The notes beneath the pieces were generated by a model. It was not told the origin of the DNA. It saw only the letters and a list, made by a program, of their open reading frames with translations, and did no database searches. Positions 10,463-20,946 of a stretch of 64,000 nucleotides of DNA are shown in pieces. Positions within the stretch are counted from its first letter, which is position 1, and the number at the start of each line of letters is the position of its first letter. Both the position numbers and the translations under genes were made by a program. Source of the DNA: Candidatus Hodarchaeota archaeon (lineage in GTDB: Archaea; Asgardarchaeota; Lokiarchaeia; Sigyniarchaeales; SOKP01); contig JBHLKM010000016.1 in NCBI GenBank assembly GCA_048886685.1, forward strand, positions 1 to 64,000, written 5' to 3'.

Positions 10463-10973
10463 AACCAACAGCGAGATAAAAGAGATCGATAAATCAAGTA
10501 AAAAGGAATTTAATATTTTATTAAAAATCTGTCTAATTACTGGAATTATAATTATATCAGGTTTTATTATTTATGAAGTTTTAAAACCTGAACCTGGCTA
10601 TGTTACTTTTGGTATCCTAAATGAGAACCAAGCAGCAGAGAATTACCCTACTGAAGCCTTTATAAATGAAAATATTTCTTTTTATCTTACAGTTGAGAAT
10701 TATTTAGATCGCAATTTTTCCTATCAAATCCAGATAAAAAAAGGAGATAATATGACAATTATGAATCCCAATATTGGTTCTAATGGCACTCTTAATTATA
10801 CAATAGGGAATTTCACTTTAAAAAAAAAACAGAGTTGGCTTTCAGAAAAGTTGGATGTTTCATTCTCTGTGATAGGAGAAAATCAAATAATAATAGCAGA
10901 ATTATGGCAAATTAAAGAAACAAAAGTAAAATTTTACAATATTCTTTGGTTACGACTTAATATAACCTCTTAA
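10455..10973 (+). CDS. DUF1616-like membrane-anchored protein
   Basis: One TM helix followed by F.ILNE..AENYP motif and beta-rich domain. Confidence 0.65.
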   Translation: MDRTNSEIKEIDKSSKKEFNILLKICLITGIIIISGFIIYEVLKPEPGYVTFGILNENQAAENYPTEAFINENISFYLTVENYLDRNFSYQIQIKKGDNMTIMNPNIGSNGTLNYTIGNFTLKKKQSWLSEKLDVSFSVIGENQIIIAELWQIKETKVKFYNILWLRLNITS

Positions 10974-12346
10974 GTTTCTCCCCCAATAATTTGTACATCC
11001 TTAACCCTTACATAGGGGGCTTGAAAGGCGCCATAAATTTTGAATTCTTTAGATACCGCATCGATATTCCTAAATAAATCTAATAGGTTTACACCAATCA
11101 TAGTTTCATTCAATGGATCTTTAATTTCTCCATTTATAATTAAATTTCCATGAAGTATCAAGCCAGAAAAATCGCCAGTTGAAATATTAGGAGTATCTCC
11201 GGTATAATCAAATAATATTCCTTCTTTTACTCCTCTTATCATTTCTTTTATGGTTATATCACCATTTTGCATTATGAAATTTGTAGCCCCTATAGAAGGA
11301 ATAGAACTATATGAACTTCGAGCAGCATTTCCTGTACTCTCAACACCTTCTTTACCTGCAGTATAACTATTGTGTAATAAACCTGTTTTCAGAAATCTTC
11401 CATTTTCCAAGATTTTTTTATTTTTACAAGGGACACCTTCTCCATCAAATATTGCAGATCCAACAGCACCATCAATCAGTCCATTATCTTCAACATTTAA
11501 ATATTTTGAACCAATAATTTCATCTCTTTTATCTACAAGAAAAGTTCTTTTGTATTGGAAGGATTCCCCATTTATAGCTGAAGCAATTGGTCTCATTATT
11601 AGCTGTATAGTGCCTTTAGGGGTTAGAATGACGGGAACTTTCATGTTTTTTATTTTTTTCCTATTGAGATTTCTTTTAGCTTCTTCGAGAGCTGTTTTAG
11701 CTAATTCAGAGGCGTTAAGTTTTTTTAAAGATCGTTCAGATTGCCATTCATAACCAAATGATGTTTCTTTACTTACTTTATCTTTAACAATGATATGTGA
11801 AGAGAGTGAACAACTTGTATCTTTTCCTGAAACTTCTAAACCGTTAGAGTTTAATATATTAGTTTTAGTATAATTAGATATAAAACTTCCAGATTGTGAG
11901 ATTGCGGTTTCGTCCTGTTCACAAACTTTAATTAAAGCGTTGATATAACTCAAAGAGTCTTCTAATTGTAAAACTTTTAGATCTCTATCGAATAAACCGT
12001 TTACTTTTGGATAATTTTGATAAGAGCTGGGTAAATCATAAAAATCAGGATCAGGAGTGCTTACATTCATCATTTTTAGAGCAGTGATGCAAAGGTCATT
12101 AACAGTTTTTTTTTCTAATTTATTTGAGAATGCAAATCCTAAAGCACCTCTTTTATTAATAACTCGAACAGAAACTCCATTGTCTTCTCCAATTTCACTA
12201 TTTTTCACTGAATTTTCTTCAATTTCAATACTGATATACTTATTCTTCTCAAAAAAAATTTCAGCACATTTTAATTCATGAGAGCTTTGCTCAATTAGCC
12301 TTAAACCATATCTTGCTAATCCAAATACATCAACATCACCTTCCAT
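10970..12346 (-). CDS. pmbA: TldE/PmbA family protein
   Basis: FDGEG, TGNAAR, TGDFS motifs; lacks HExxH; coupled to tldD. Confidence 0.88.
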   Translation of the reverse strand: MEGDVDVFGLARYGLRLIEQSSHELKCAEIFFEKNKYISIEIEENSVKNSEIGEDNGVSVRVINKRGALGFAFSNKLEKKTVNDLCITALKMMNVSTPDPDFYDLPSSYQNYPKVNGLFDRDLKVLQLEDSLSYINALIKVCEQDETAISQSGSFISNYTKTNILNSNGLEVSGKDTSCSLSSHIIVKDKVSKETSFGYEWQSERSLKKLNASELAKTALEEAKRNLNRKKIKNMKVPVILTPKGTIQLIMRPIASAINGESFQYKRTFLVDKRDEIIGSKYLNVEDNGLIDGAVGSAIFDGEGVPCKNKKILENGRFLKTGLLHNSYTAGKEGVESTGNAARSSYSSIPSIGATNFIMQNGDITIKEMIRGVKEGILFDYTGDTPNISTGDFSGLILHGNLIINGEIKDPLNETMIGVNLLDLFRNIDAVSKEFKIYGAFQAPYVRVKDVQIIGGET

Positions 12347-13792
12347 TTAATTCAGCCCTCCTACTGTAATATCTTCTATACGAATATAAGGTCCACCGTC
12401 ACAAACCCTAACACTTTGACCTCCTTTTCCGCACATTCCATCAGAGTAATCGACTTCTTTTCCAATTGCGGAAATTTTATTTAATACTTCAAGAATCATT
12501 CCACTTAAAGATACATCTCTCATTAATTCTTTTTTCTCTCCATTTTCAATCTTGTAAGAAAATTTACATTTAAATTGAAAATTTCCAGTAGACGGATCGG
12601 TATATCCATATTGGAAATCCTCACATAGAATACCATTTTTAGTATCATGAATAATTTCATCTATACTCCAATCTCCCGGTTCTATCAAGGTAAATCCCAT
12701 ACGAACTTGAGGTCTGGAAGAAAAGGATGATGATCTTCCATGACCATTCGGAAGGGTGTTCATTCTCGAGGAAGTTTCCAAATTATGTAAGTAACTTTTA
12801 AGAATTCCATCTTCAATAATGATAGTTTTTTGGGAAGGAATTCCTTCATCATCGACGAAGTAACAACCAAACAATTCGTAAGGGATATTAAAATTTTTCC
12901 CTTGACCCATAGTTGGATTATCGACTATATTAACTTTTTCTGAAGCGACTTTCTCACCAATTTTCCCTTTCAATATACTATCATTGTTCAAAACTAAATC
13001 TGCTTCGACAGCATGCCCAAATGCTTCGTGGATTAACGTCCCTGTTAACTTTGGATCAGTTATGATTGTGAATTTACCTCCAATTGGAGATTTTGCTTTT
13101 AACAAATCGACAGCTTCTTTTGCGGTTTTTATACTTAGATTTTCTGCTTTTTCTGTTTTAGTAATTTCAAATCCCCCAATACCTCCAACAGAATTTATAG
13201 CTCTTTGAAGTATTCCATTTTCCTGGGTATAAACCAAACTGAACAATCTTAAAAAGGATAAATCCTGAAAGATGTGGTTATTAAAAGAATTGATTAATAG
13301 GCAATTAGCATGACCATCGATATATAGGGTATGCGTATTTTTAACTTTTGAAGAGTATTCAGATGCCGTTTTTTCATGGTTTTTAACTAGGTTTATCTTA
13401 TCTTCAATATCAACATTCTCTAAATCTTCATTGGGCTGCACTTTGAATTTTTTAATTAAAGGATCACGTGGTACCATCTTGAATTTATTCTTGCATAAAG
13501 ATTCAGATAATCTTGCTAGTTTAATTGCATTCCGAAATCCATTTATTATTGCTTTTCTATTAAGATCCTTTAAAACGCAAAATCCCCACCCTCCATTAAT
13601 AAACGCTCTGATTCCGCATTCAGTTATATAATGAGAAGATATTTCCTTACTCCTTAAATCTGTAAAATCTAATGTTGCTCCACGACTTACACCTGTTCTT
13701 ATATCCCAATATTCAATTTTATCTTTAGATATGCTATTTAGTTCTCTTATTAGTTTATCATCTATTACCTTTAAATCATCGTCGAAATCCAT
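12347..13792 (-). CDS. tldD: TldD family metalloprotease
   Basis: HEAFGH, DDEG, CGKGGQ motifs. Confidence 0.93.
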   Translation of the reverse strand: MDFDDDLKVIDDKLIRELNSISKDKIEYWDIRTGVSRGATLDFTDLRSKEISSHYITECGIRAFINGGWGFCVLKDLNRKAIINGFRNAIKLARLSESLCKNKFKMVPRDPLIKKFKVQPNEDLENVDIEDKINLVKNHEKTASEYSSKVKNTHTLYIDGHANCLLINSFNNHIFQDLSFLRLFSLVYTQENGILQRAINSVGGIGGFEITKTEKAENLSIKTAKEAVDLLKAKSPIGGKFTIITDPKLTGTLIHEAFGHAVEADLVLNNDSILKGKIGEKVASEKVNIVDNPTMGQGKNFNIPYELFGCYFVDDEGIPSQKTIIIEDGILKSYLHNLETSSRMNTLPNGHGRSSSFSSRPQVRMGFTLIEPGDWSIDEIIHDTKNGILCEDFQYGYTDPSTGNFQFKCKFSYKIENGEKKELMRDVSLSGMILEVLNKISAIGKEVDYSDGMCGKGGQSVRVCDGGPYIRIEDITVGGLN

Positions 13793-13941
13793 ATTGTTTT
13801 CTCAGTTTTATTCTATTTCTAATTAATTGTAATGTATCTTGGTTAAAGATATTTCTTAAAAGAATTGTAGAAAAATATCTTAAATACCTTTGTTTTTTAA
13901 GTCAGCTACTTAACATATAATATAACTTCTCAAAAAATGAT

Positions 13942-14139
13942 TCAAGGGATTGTCTTCAGCTCTTTGATAAGACTAATTGCTCCTCTTATGGTACATATTT
14001 TAGAAAATTTTGTAGAATTTTTGAATGAAAATGAATGATTACATTTCCAACATTTTTTTGTTTTAATAACTCGATTTGTGTAATACCACTCCCCACATCT
14101 ATAACATCGAAAAAAAAAATATTTTTGTTTATTGTACAT
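13942..14139 (-). CDS. Small Zn-ribbon protein (DUF1922-like)
   Basis: FRCYRCG...KKCWKCNH. Confidence 0.6.
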   Translation of the reverse strand: MYNKQKYFFFRCYRCGEWYYTNRVIKTKKCWKCNHSFSFKNSTKFSKICTIRGAISLIKELKTIP

Positions 14140-14354
14140 ACAAAAAGGATTGAGTGAATAAAAAAATTTAATTTTAATTAGCCAAAAGATTTACTGATTT
14201 CTAATTCTTCTTTTAAAAAAGTATCATTTACCTAATTTTTAAAAAAATTGAGATATTTAATATTAATTCAAATTATTTTATCTTAAATAAAATAAGATAT
14301 ATGTCTTAACCAATCATTATTTTAATTATAAGTAATAAAAAAAAAGAAGAAATT

Positions 14355-15713
14355 ATGGATCATAAATTTATTCATCCCATCGAAACTAGGTACCGTACCG
14401 ATATTGCTAATTTATTTACTGAGGAGAAAAAGTTAGAAAATTGGTTGAAGGTTGAGGGTGTTTTAGCAGAAGTGCATGCAGAATTGGGTAATATTCCTAA
14501 AGAAGCAGCCAAAGAAATATGTAAGAAAGCTAGTTTAGATTATGTTAAATTAGAGAGAGTGAAAGAGATTGATAAAGAAATCCATCATGATTTAATGGCA
14601 ATGGTAAAAGCACTAGATGAACAATGTGAAGACGGTGCTGGGAAATACGTTCACCTAGGAGCAACTAGTTATGATATAGAAGATACCGCAACTTCTTTAC
14701 AGTTAAAAGAAGCTTTAAACTATATTAAAACCTCATTATTGGAATTATTGAAAAATTTAATTAGAATTACAGAAGAAAGAAAAGATCTCGTGTGCATTGG
14801 AAGAACCCATGGACAACATGCGGTCCCTACGACCTATGGAATGAGATTTGGGGTATGGGCATATGAGATAAATAGACATCTTGATAGGATATCAGAAGTC
14901 ATAGAACGTATATCTTATGGTAAAATGTCTGGTGCTGTTGGTACCATGGCAAGTTTCGGAGAGAAGGGGATTGAAATACAAAAATTAGTTATGAAAAAAC
15001 TTGATTTAAGTCCGGTTCTTATTGCAAACCAGATAGTTCAAAGAGATCGTCATGCAGAAGTAATATTATTAACTTCATTAGTAGGGCAAACTTTAGCTAA
15101 AATCGCAAGAGAAAATCGAGTACTTCAGAGAAATGAAATAGCCGAGATGTTTGAACCATTCAAAGAAAAGCAAGTAGGGAGCTCTACAATGCCACATAAG
15201 CGAAATCCTCATAAATCAGAGAGAATTTGTAGTATAGCAAGAATAATTAAATCAAATGTCATCCCCGCTTTAGATAATATGGTTTTAGAGGATGAAAGAG
15301 ATATTACAAACTCAGCATCAGAAAGAGTAATTATTGGTGAAAACTTTATTTTATTGGACTATATAATTAAAGAATTAGTGAAAAATCTTGAAGGTATTGA
15401 GTTTGATGAGGTTAGAATTGAAGAAAATCTAAATCTTACAAAAGGGGCATGTTTGACTGAAAAAGTAATGGTTCAACTTGTCAATAAGGGAATAGGAAGA
15501 CAGGAAGGGCATGAAATTTTAAGACAAGCTGCAATTTTAGCAAGAAAAGAAAATCGGTATATGAAAGACATTTTATTTGAAAACAAAAAAGTCGCAAATT
15601 TATTCTTAAAAGAAGAACTTTCTGATTTATTTGATGCTCATAAATATATTGGAAAAGCAATTGAACAGGTTGAGAATCTAATTAAATATCTTAAAAATAA
15701 ATACAATTGGTAG
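14355..15713 (+). CDS. purB: Adenylosuccinate lyase
   Basis: HLGATS.DI.D, GRTHGQHA, GSSTMPHKRNP signature. Confidence 0.96.
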   Translation: MDHKFIHPIETRYRTDIANLFTEEKKLENWLKVEGVLAEVHAELGNIPKEAAKEICKKASLDYVKLERVKEIDKEIHHDLMAMVKALDEQCEDGAGKYVHLGATSYDIEDTATSLQLKEALNYIKTSLLELLKNLIRITEERKDLVCIGRTHGQHAVPTTYGMRFGVWAYEINRHLDRISEVIERISYGKMSGAVGTMASFGEKGIEIQKLVMKKLDLSPVLIANQIVQRDRHAEVILLTSLVGQTLAKIARENRVLQRNEIAEMFEPFKEKQVGSSTMPHKRNPHKSERICSIARIIKSNVIPALDNMVLEDERDITNSASERVIIGENFILLDYIIKELVKNLEGIEFDEVRIEENLNLTKGACLTEKVMVQLVNKGIGRQEGHEILRQAAILARKENRYMKDILFENKKVANLFLKEELSDLFDAHKYIGKAIEQVENLIKYLKNKYNW

Positions 15714-15722
15714 CCAAATAAT

Positions 15723-16904
15723 ATGGCAGAACATGATAATATTTATTCTAAACTTGGTGTTTCCTCTAAAAAAGAAGACATTCATAAAGCAATTGAAAAT
15801 TTAGATAAAGGACTCTTTCCAGGGGCATTCTGTAAAATTGTAGAAGATATAAATTGTCGAAAAGATTATTGCTCAATTTTTCATGCAGATGGAGCAGGTA
15901 CTAAATCAAGTTTAGCTTATATGTATTATAAGGAAACGGGTGATATATCTATATTCAGAGGGGTTGTTAGAGACGCTGTTATAATGAATATAGACGATAT
16001 TTTATGTGTAGGGGCAACTGGGAATATGTTCTTATCAAATAATCTTGGTAGAAATAAATCTTTTATTACAGGAGAGATATTATCAACGATTATCGATGAA
16101 TATTATTCCTATAGCGAAAAATTGACTGATCTTGGATTAAAGGTTATAATGTGTGGTGGAGAAACCGCTGATGTGGGTGATGTGGTTAAGACAATCCTCT
16201 TAGACGCATCAGTTTTCACTAGTATGAAAAGAGAGGATGTTATAAATGCTAGTAATATTAAAAAAGAGGATGTTATAATTGGATTAGCAAGCTCAGGAAA
16301 AGCTTCCTATGAGGAGGAATTCAATAGTGGAATTGGGAGTAATGGATTAACTTTAGCGAGGCATGGAATGCTTTCACATGAATATTATAATAAGTATCCA
16401 GAATGTTATAATCAAAATTTAGATGAAAAATTGGTTTTTTTCGGTAGAAATAAATTAACAGATCCAATAAAAGGTCTAAATTTAAATGTAGGAAAGGCGT
16501 TGTTATCACCCACAAGAACATATGCGCCAATTATAACAGAGGTTTTAAAAAGATATAGAACAAAAATTCATGGAATCATTCATAATACTGGAGGAGGTCA
16601 AACAAAAAACTTAAATTATGGGAAAGGAATCAAATATATCAAAAATAATCTATTTTCTTTACCTAAAATCTTTGAAATTATTCAAAATTCATCAGAAACA
16701 CAATGGAAAGAAATGTTTTGCGTTTTTAATATGGGACATAGAATGGAATTATATTGTGAAGAAGCAATTGCAAAAGAAATTATAAAAATTGCCAAAAAGT
16801 ACAATGTTGAATCTAAAATTATTGGCCATTGTGAGAAATCACCAATGAAAGATAAAAATATTGTAGAGATTAATTCTGAATTTGGTTCATTCAAATATAG
16901 TTAA
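15723..16904 (+). CDS. purM: Phosphoribosylformylglycinamidine cyclo-ligase (AIR synthetase)
   Basis: DGAGTK, GGETAD, GIGSNG, HNTGGG, FNMG motifs; adjacent to purB. Confidence 0.92.
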   Translation: MAEHDNIYSKLGVSSKKEDIHKAIENLDKGLFPGAFCKIVEDINCRKDYCSIFHADGAGTKSSLAYMYYKETGDISIFRGVVRDAVIMNIDDILCVGATGNMFLSNNLGRNKSFITGEILSTIIDEYYSYSEKLTDLGLKVIMCGGETADVGDVVKTILLDASVFTSMKREDVINASNIKKEDVIIGLASSGKASYEEEFNSGIGSNGLTLARHGMLSHEYYNKYPECYNQNLDEKLVFFGRNKLTDPIKGLNLNVGKALLSPTRTYAPIITEVLKRYRTKIHGIIHNTGGGQTKNLNYGKGIKYIKNNLFSLPKIFEIIQNSSETQWKEMFCVFNMGHRMELYCEEAIAKEIIKIAKKYNVESKIIGHCEKSPMKDKNIVEINSEFGSFKYS

Positions 16905-16915
16905 CCTTACTAAAA

Positions 16916-17866
16916 ATGACTAAAATTTTTGATGTTATCTGTATTGGAGCCGCCTTAGTTGATATGGTTGCTCAAGTCGAAAGATATCCAGAAGATGATG
17001 ACGAAGTTTTTGTTTCTGATTTGAAATTATTCTCTGGAGGAGCTGCTGCCAATACAGCTTATGCTTGTGCAAAATTAGGTTTAAAAACTGCTTTTATTGG
17101 AAAGTTGGGAAGAAATGACGTATTTGGATTAAAAATTATAAATGATTTTAATGAAGTAAAGGTAGATACAAAATTACTTAAATACTCAGGTGATTATAGA
17201 ACAGGATCCGCATATGTAGCATTGAATAAAGAAGGAGATAGAAGAATTTATGCTCATAGTGGTGCTGCGAATTACCTCTCAAAAGAAGATATCAATGAAG
17301 ATGAACTTTCTTTCACAAATGTCATATATTTAAGCAGTTTGAAAAATATTGAGCCTTTTATTCAGGCGGCCACAATTGGAAGAAATAGAAAAATACTAGT
17401 TATTCTAAATCCAGGTATGTTAGTAATTGAACAGGGCTTTAATAACATTAAAATCCTATTAGAAAAAATAGATGTACTCATTATGTCTCAGAAAGAATTT
17501 AGAGTCCTTTTTAATCTTCAGAAGAAAAATTTAATTACTAATACAATGGAAGAAAAAGCATCTATTTTGTTTTCTTTAGGAATAAATGTGCTTGTAATAA
17601 CTAAAGGTAAGGAAGGTGCATTATTATTAACACCGGAAAATATTGAGTTAATTTCACCTATTAAAACAATTAAAGTTGTAGATACCACAGGGGCAGGAGA
17701 TGCGTTTTCAGCCGGATTTATATATGGATTTATTCACAATAAAAGCTTAAAATTTGAAGATCTCAAACGAAATGTAAGATTTGGTAATTTTATAGCAGGA
17801 AAATGTATTGAGAAATTAGGCGCTAGAAATGGAATTCCCAACGAGGAAGATCTAGAATTAGGATAA
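16916..17866 (+). CDS. PfkB family carbohydrate/nucleoside kinase
   Basis: GGAAANTA and DTTGAGDAF signatures. Confidence 0.92.
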   Translation: MTKIFDVICIGAALVDMVAQVERYPEDDDEVFVSDLKLFSGGAAANTAYACAKLGLKTAFIGKLGRNDVFGLKIINDFNEVKVDTKLLKYSGDYRTGSAYVALNKEGDRRIYAHSGAANYLSKEDINEDELSFTNVIYLSSLKNIEPFIQAATIGRNRKILVILNPGMLVIEQGFNNIKILLEKIDVLIMSQKEFRVLFNLQKKNLITNTMEEKASILFSLGINVLVITKGKEGALLLTPENIELISPIKTIKVVDTTGAGDAFSAGFIYGFIHNKSLKFEDLKRNVRFGNFIAGKCIEKLGARNGIPNEEDLELG

Positions 17867-17938
17867 TTTAGGTAATTAATCATAAAGTTTTTAATTTTTC
17901 AATTTAATAATTTTTTATCAAAATTATTATGAATAGAT

Positions 17939-19012
17939 ATGATTTTTTCCGAAGAAAAGAAAAGAATAGCGAAAAAAAGAGCGATTTTCTTTTTTTATGA
18001 TATCATACTTATATTTGTATTTGTATTTGTAATGCTTTTAATTCCTCTATTTATAATCCCAATGATAACCGAGGAGCGATCTGTTCTCTATGGGATTCTT
18101 TTCTATATAATGAGAGCAGTGTTCATTTTCATAGGAATCCCTTTAATGATATATGTGACTAATCTAATATATGAACCCCAGAAGAAAAAAGTGATAATCG
18201 AGGAAGATATTACTCCAGCAATGGGTCACTTAAAATTATTTAGGATAACCAAAAAAAATTACAAATATCAAATCTTTTATGGTTTTTTACTCTTCTTTAT
18301 AGTCTTCTTGCCAATAGATTTTTTTACATATCTTTTCATTCCTGAAGTTCTTGAATACCAGGCATGGGTCATAGGTGCAAGAGAGACTAATTATTATTTA
18401 TCCCCTTTTATAGATGATTATTTCATATTTTTAATTTCTGCAATCATAATCCAGATATCAGTATCGGTTACCGAAGAAACGATTGCAAGAGGTTTATTAA
18501 CCAAGAGGGGTAGTGAGTATTTTATGAAAATGTCGGCGGTGATTATATCTTCGCTCTATTGGGGATTAGGTCATTTAGCTTATATACTTGATATTCGTTC
18601 TTGGTACCCTGTTTTATGGTTTTTTCAATCATTTATAATAGGGATTATCTTATCATTAATGGTATTAAGGAAAATGTGGATCCTCCCCGCAATTATAGCA
18701 CACGCACTGAATAATATTGTCGCTGCCCATACAATGTGGAATTTTTGGCAAGGTAACAGTTTTCAAGCAGTAACTTTTTTCATGTATATACCATTATTTA
18801 TAATTGGTATTTTGTTTGTTACTGTTTGTTTATTATTAGTATGGCCATTCTCGAGTGTTAAAAGAAGTATTTCAAATGGATTTGCACTTTTCAAAACATA
18901 TTTTAAGAAAGATTCCGAAGAAAAAAAAATAGGAGATACTCTATTTCGTATATTTTTTGATATCCTAATAGGAGGTTTGATCTTTCTTATGGGCTTTTTA
19001 ATTGCAATTTGA
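17939..19012 (+). CDS. CPBP (Abi/Rce1-like) intramembrane glutamic protease
   Basis: Multi-TM protein with EETIARG, LGHL and HALNN motifs. Confidence 0.85.
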   Translation: MIFSEEKKRIAKKRAIFFFYDIILIFVFVFVMLLIPLFIIPMITEERSVLYGILFYIMRAVFIFIGIPLMIYVTNLIYEPQKKKVIIEEDITPAMGHLKLFRITKKNYKYQIFYGFLLFFIVFLPIDFFTYLFIPEVLEYQAWVIGARETNYYLSPFIDDYFIFLISAIIIQISVSVTEETIARGLLTKRGSEYFMKMSAVIISSLYWGLGHLAYILDIRSWYPVLWFFQSFIIGIILSLMVLRKMWILPAIIAHALNNIVAAHTMWNFWQGNSFQAVTFFMYIPLFIIGILFVTVCLLLVWPFSSVKRSISNGFALFKTYFKKDSEEKKIGDTLFRIFFDILIGGLIFLMGFLIAI

Positions 19013-19026
19013 AGGAGTGTCGTTTA

Positions 19027-19545
19027 ATGAAGTTAGGGATAATTTCTGACACTCATATAACCTCTGAAACAGAAGAAGATCAAATAGCTGCTCTAATCGA
19101 ACAATTAAATAATGTTTTCATAGGTGCTGATAAAATTGTTCATGCTGGAGATGTTTGTGAGGATTTATTTTTAGATAAGCTCGAAATTATAGCTCCAGTT
19201 TCTTGTGTAAAGGGAGATGCTGATCTAATTGAGGATTTAGAAATATTTATTAAGATCTCCGCTAGTCGTTATAATATCGGAGTAGTTCATATCTTACCTG
19301 AGAATCTTGAAGAATTCATGAAAGATCATGACTTGCACATTATTATTTTTGGTCATACACATATCCCCCTTATACAGGGAACTAAGTTTAATACTTTGCT
19401 TTTAAATCCAGGATCTCCTACTAAACCAAACGTACCTCCTAAAAAACCGGGATTTCTTAAGCCTGTAGCAAGACCTACTGTTATAACATTAAAAATTGAT
19501 AAGAATGACGTTCTGTCTACATTCATTATAACATTGAAACTCTAG
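19027..19545 (+). CDS. YfcE/Vps29-like metallophosphoesterase
   Basis: ISDTH, HAGD, GHTH, LNPGS. Confidence 0.88.
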   Translation: MKLGIISDTHITSETEEDQIAALIEQLNNVFIGADKIVHAGDVCEDLFLDKLEIIAPVSCVKGDADLIEDLEIFIKISASRYNIGVVHILPENLEEFMKDHDLHIIIFGHTHIPLIQGTKFNTLLLNPGSPTKPNVPPKKPGFLKPVARPTVITLKIDKNDVLSTFIITLKL

Positions 19546-19794
19546 AAAGTCTTTTAATTCATTAATTTGAAAATCCGATGGATTTGGTTTGTATAAATAA
19601 ACCCTAGAAGTAGAATGTAAATTACACGGGCGAAATTATGATAATAAAAATAATTTTAAATGTTATTCAACTCATATTAATTATACAAGGAAAGTTTATG
19701 CTTAAAGATTATTTTTAAAGAATTATAAAGTAGAAATCAACATTTCTATTGTTAAAATTACTAATCAATAACTTTTATAAGAGCGTGTGTTAAA

Positions 19795-20193
19795 TTGGTA
19801 AGTAGACTCGGTTTAGTATTGAAAGAACTTAATGAAAATGGGAATTTTCGTGCCTCACTTTTTGCTACATCAGCAGGTTTGGTGCTTGCTTCCCAAAAAG
19901 AAGAAAAAATAGATGAAAGAGTAGTAGCAGCAATGGGATCTTTATTAAGCGATGCTGCATATAAGGCTGCTGAGGAAATGGACTTATCTGAAGTTATGAG
20001 TATGAAGATTAAATATAAAGATGACTATATAATAATGAGAAATATTATTATGAAAGATTCAAAAACTCAATTTCTTTTAGCAATTCTAACTAAGCTCCCG
20101 GAAAGCGAGGAAATTGAAAAGTATATTGATCAACTTTTGGATTGGGCAGAAGAAAATAGTAAAGGAGATTTGGAAAAACTCTCTTCACTTTAG
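19795..20193 (+). CDS. Roadblock/LC7-like protein
   Basis: Size and pattern L.ATSAGLVLAS...VAAMGS.L...A..A.EEM typical of the roadblock fold. Confidence 0.75.
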   Translation: MVSRLGLVLKELNENGNFRASLFATSAGLVLASQKEEKIDERVVAAMGSLLSDAAYKAAEEMDLSEVMSMKIKYKDDYIIMRNIIMKDSKTQFLLAILTKLPESEEIEKYIDQLLDWAEENSKGDLEKLSSL

Positions 20194-20269
20194 TTATATT
20201 TTTACACTTATTTTTTATTTTTTATAAGAAAGTAGGTTAAATTCCATTAATCAATTTGAGAAGCTGTTT

Positions 20270-20899
20270 TTAGAAAGTGTGTAAAAAATTTAGCACTTCT
20301 TCAGCAATTTGCCCCTCGTAACCCCAGTAGAAGTGATCAGCACCATCTATGATTTTGCTTTTTTTAGGATCCATGTAAAATTCATAATTTTTCTGAAAGT
20401 TGTCAAATCGTGCAACATCATCTCGATTTCCTTGAATAAATAATTTTGATTTTGAAGTTTGGGATTTTTCCTTATATATTCCCATAAATCCCCATGGAAA
20501 AGAAATAGAGATGAATCCAATAATTTTTTCAGAGTAATTTACAGCTGAACATCCTATTGCTGCCCCATAAGAATATCCACATATGATTATTCCCTCAAAA
20601 CTTTCTTTTATTAAATAATCGATACAAGCATGAACATCACTTAATTCTCCCGTTCCATCTGAGTAAGATCCTGTTGATGCTCCGACACCTCTATAATTAA
20701 ACCTTAAACAAGAAAGATCATTTTCAATTAATTTGTTGAATACTCCAGAAACAACATTATTATACATATTACCCCCAAACTGAGGATGGGGGTGACATAT
20801 TAACACAATAGGTTTTAATTTACTTGAATTTGATTGAAAAAATTCAGCCTCTAGTTTAATTTCACCATTTGGTATAAATAGTTTTTCTGTCGCAACCAT
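20270..20899 (-). CDS. Alpha/beta hydrolase
   Basis: CHPHPQFGGNM, RFNYRGVG, GYSYG nucleophile, GADHF. Confidence 0.9.
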   Translation of the reverse strand: MVATEKLFIPNGEIKLEAEFFQSNSSKLKPIVLICHPHPQFGGNMYNNVVSGVFNKLIENDLSCLRFNYRGVGASTGSYSDGTGELSDVHACIDYLIKESFEGIIICGYSYGAAIGCSAVNYSEKIIGFISISFPWGFMGIYKEKSQTSKSKLFIQGNRDDVARFDNFQKNYEFYMDPKKSKIIDGADHFYWGYEGQIAEEVLNFLHTF

Positions 20900-20946
20900 A
20901 TTATTTATTTAATTTTTAACTTATAATAATTATACCATAAATAAAT

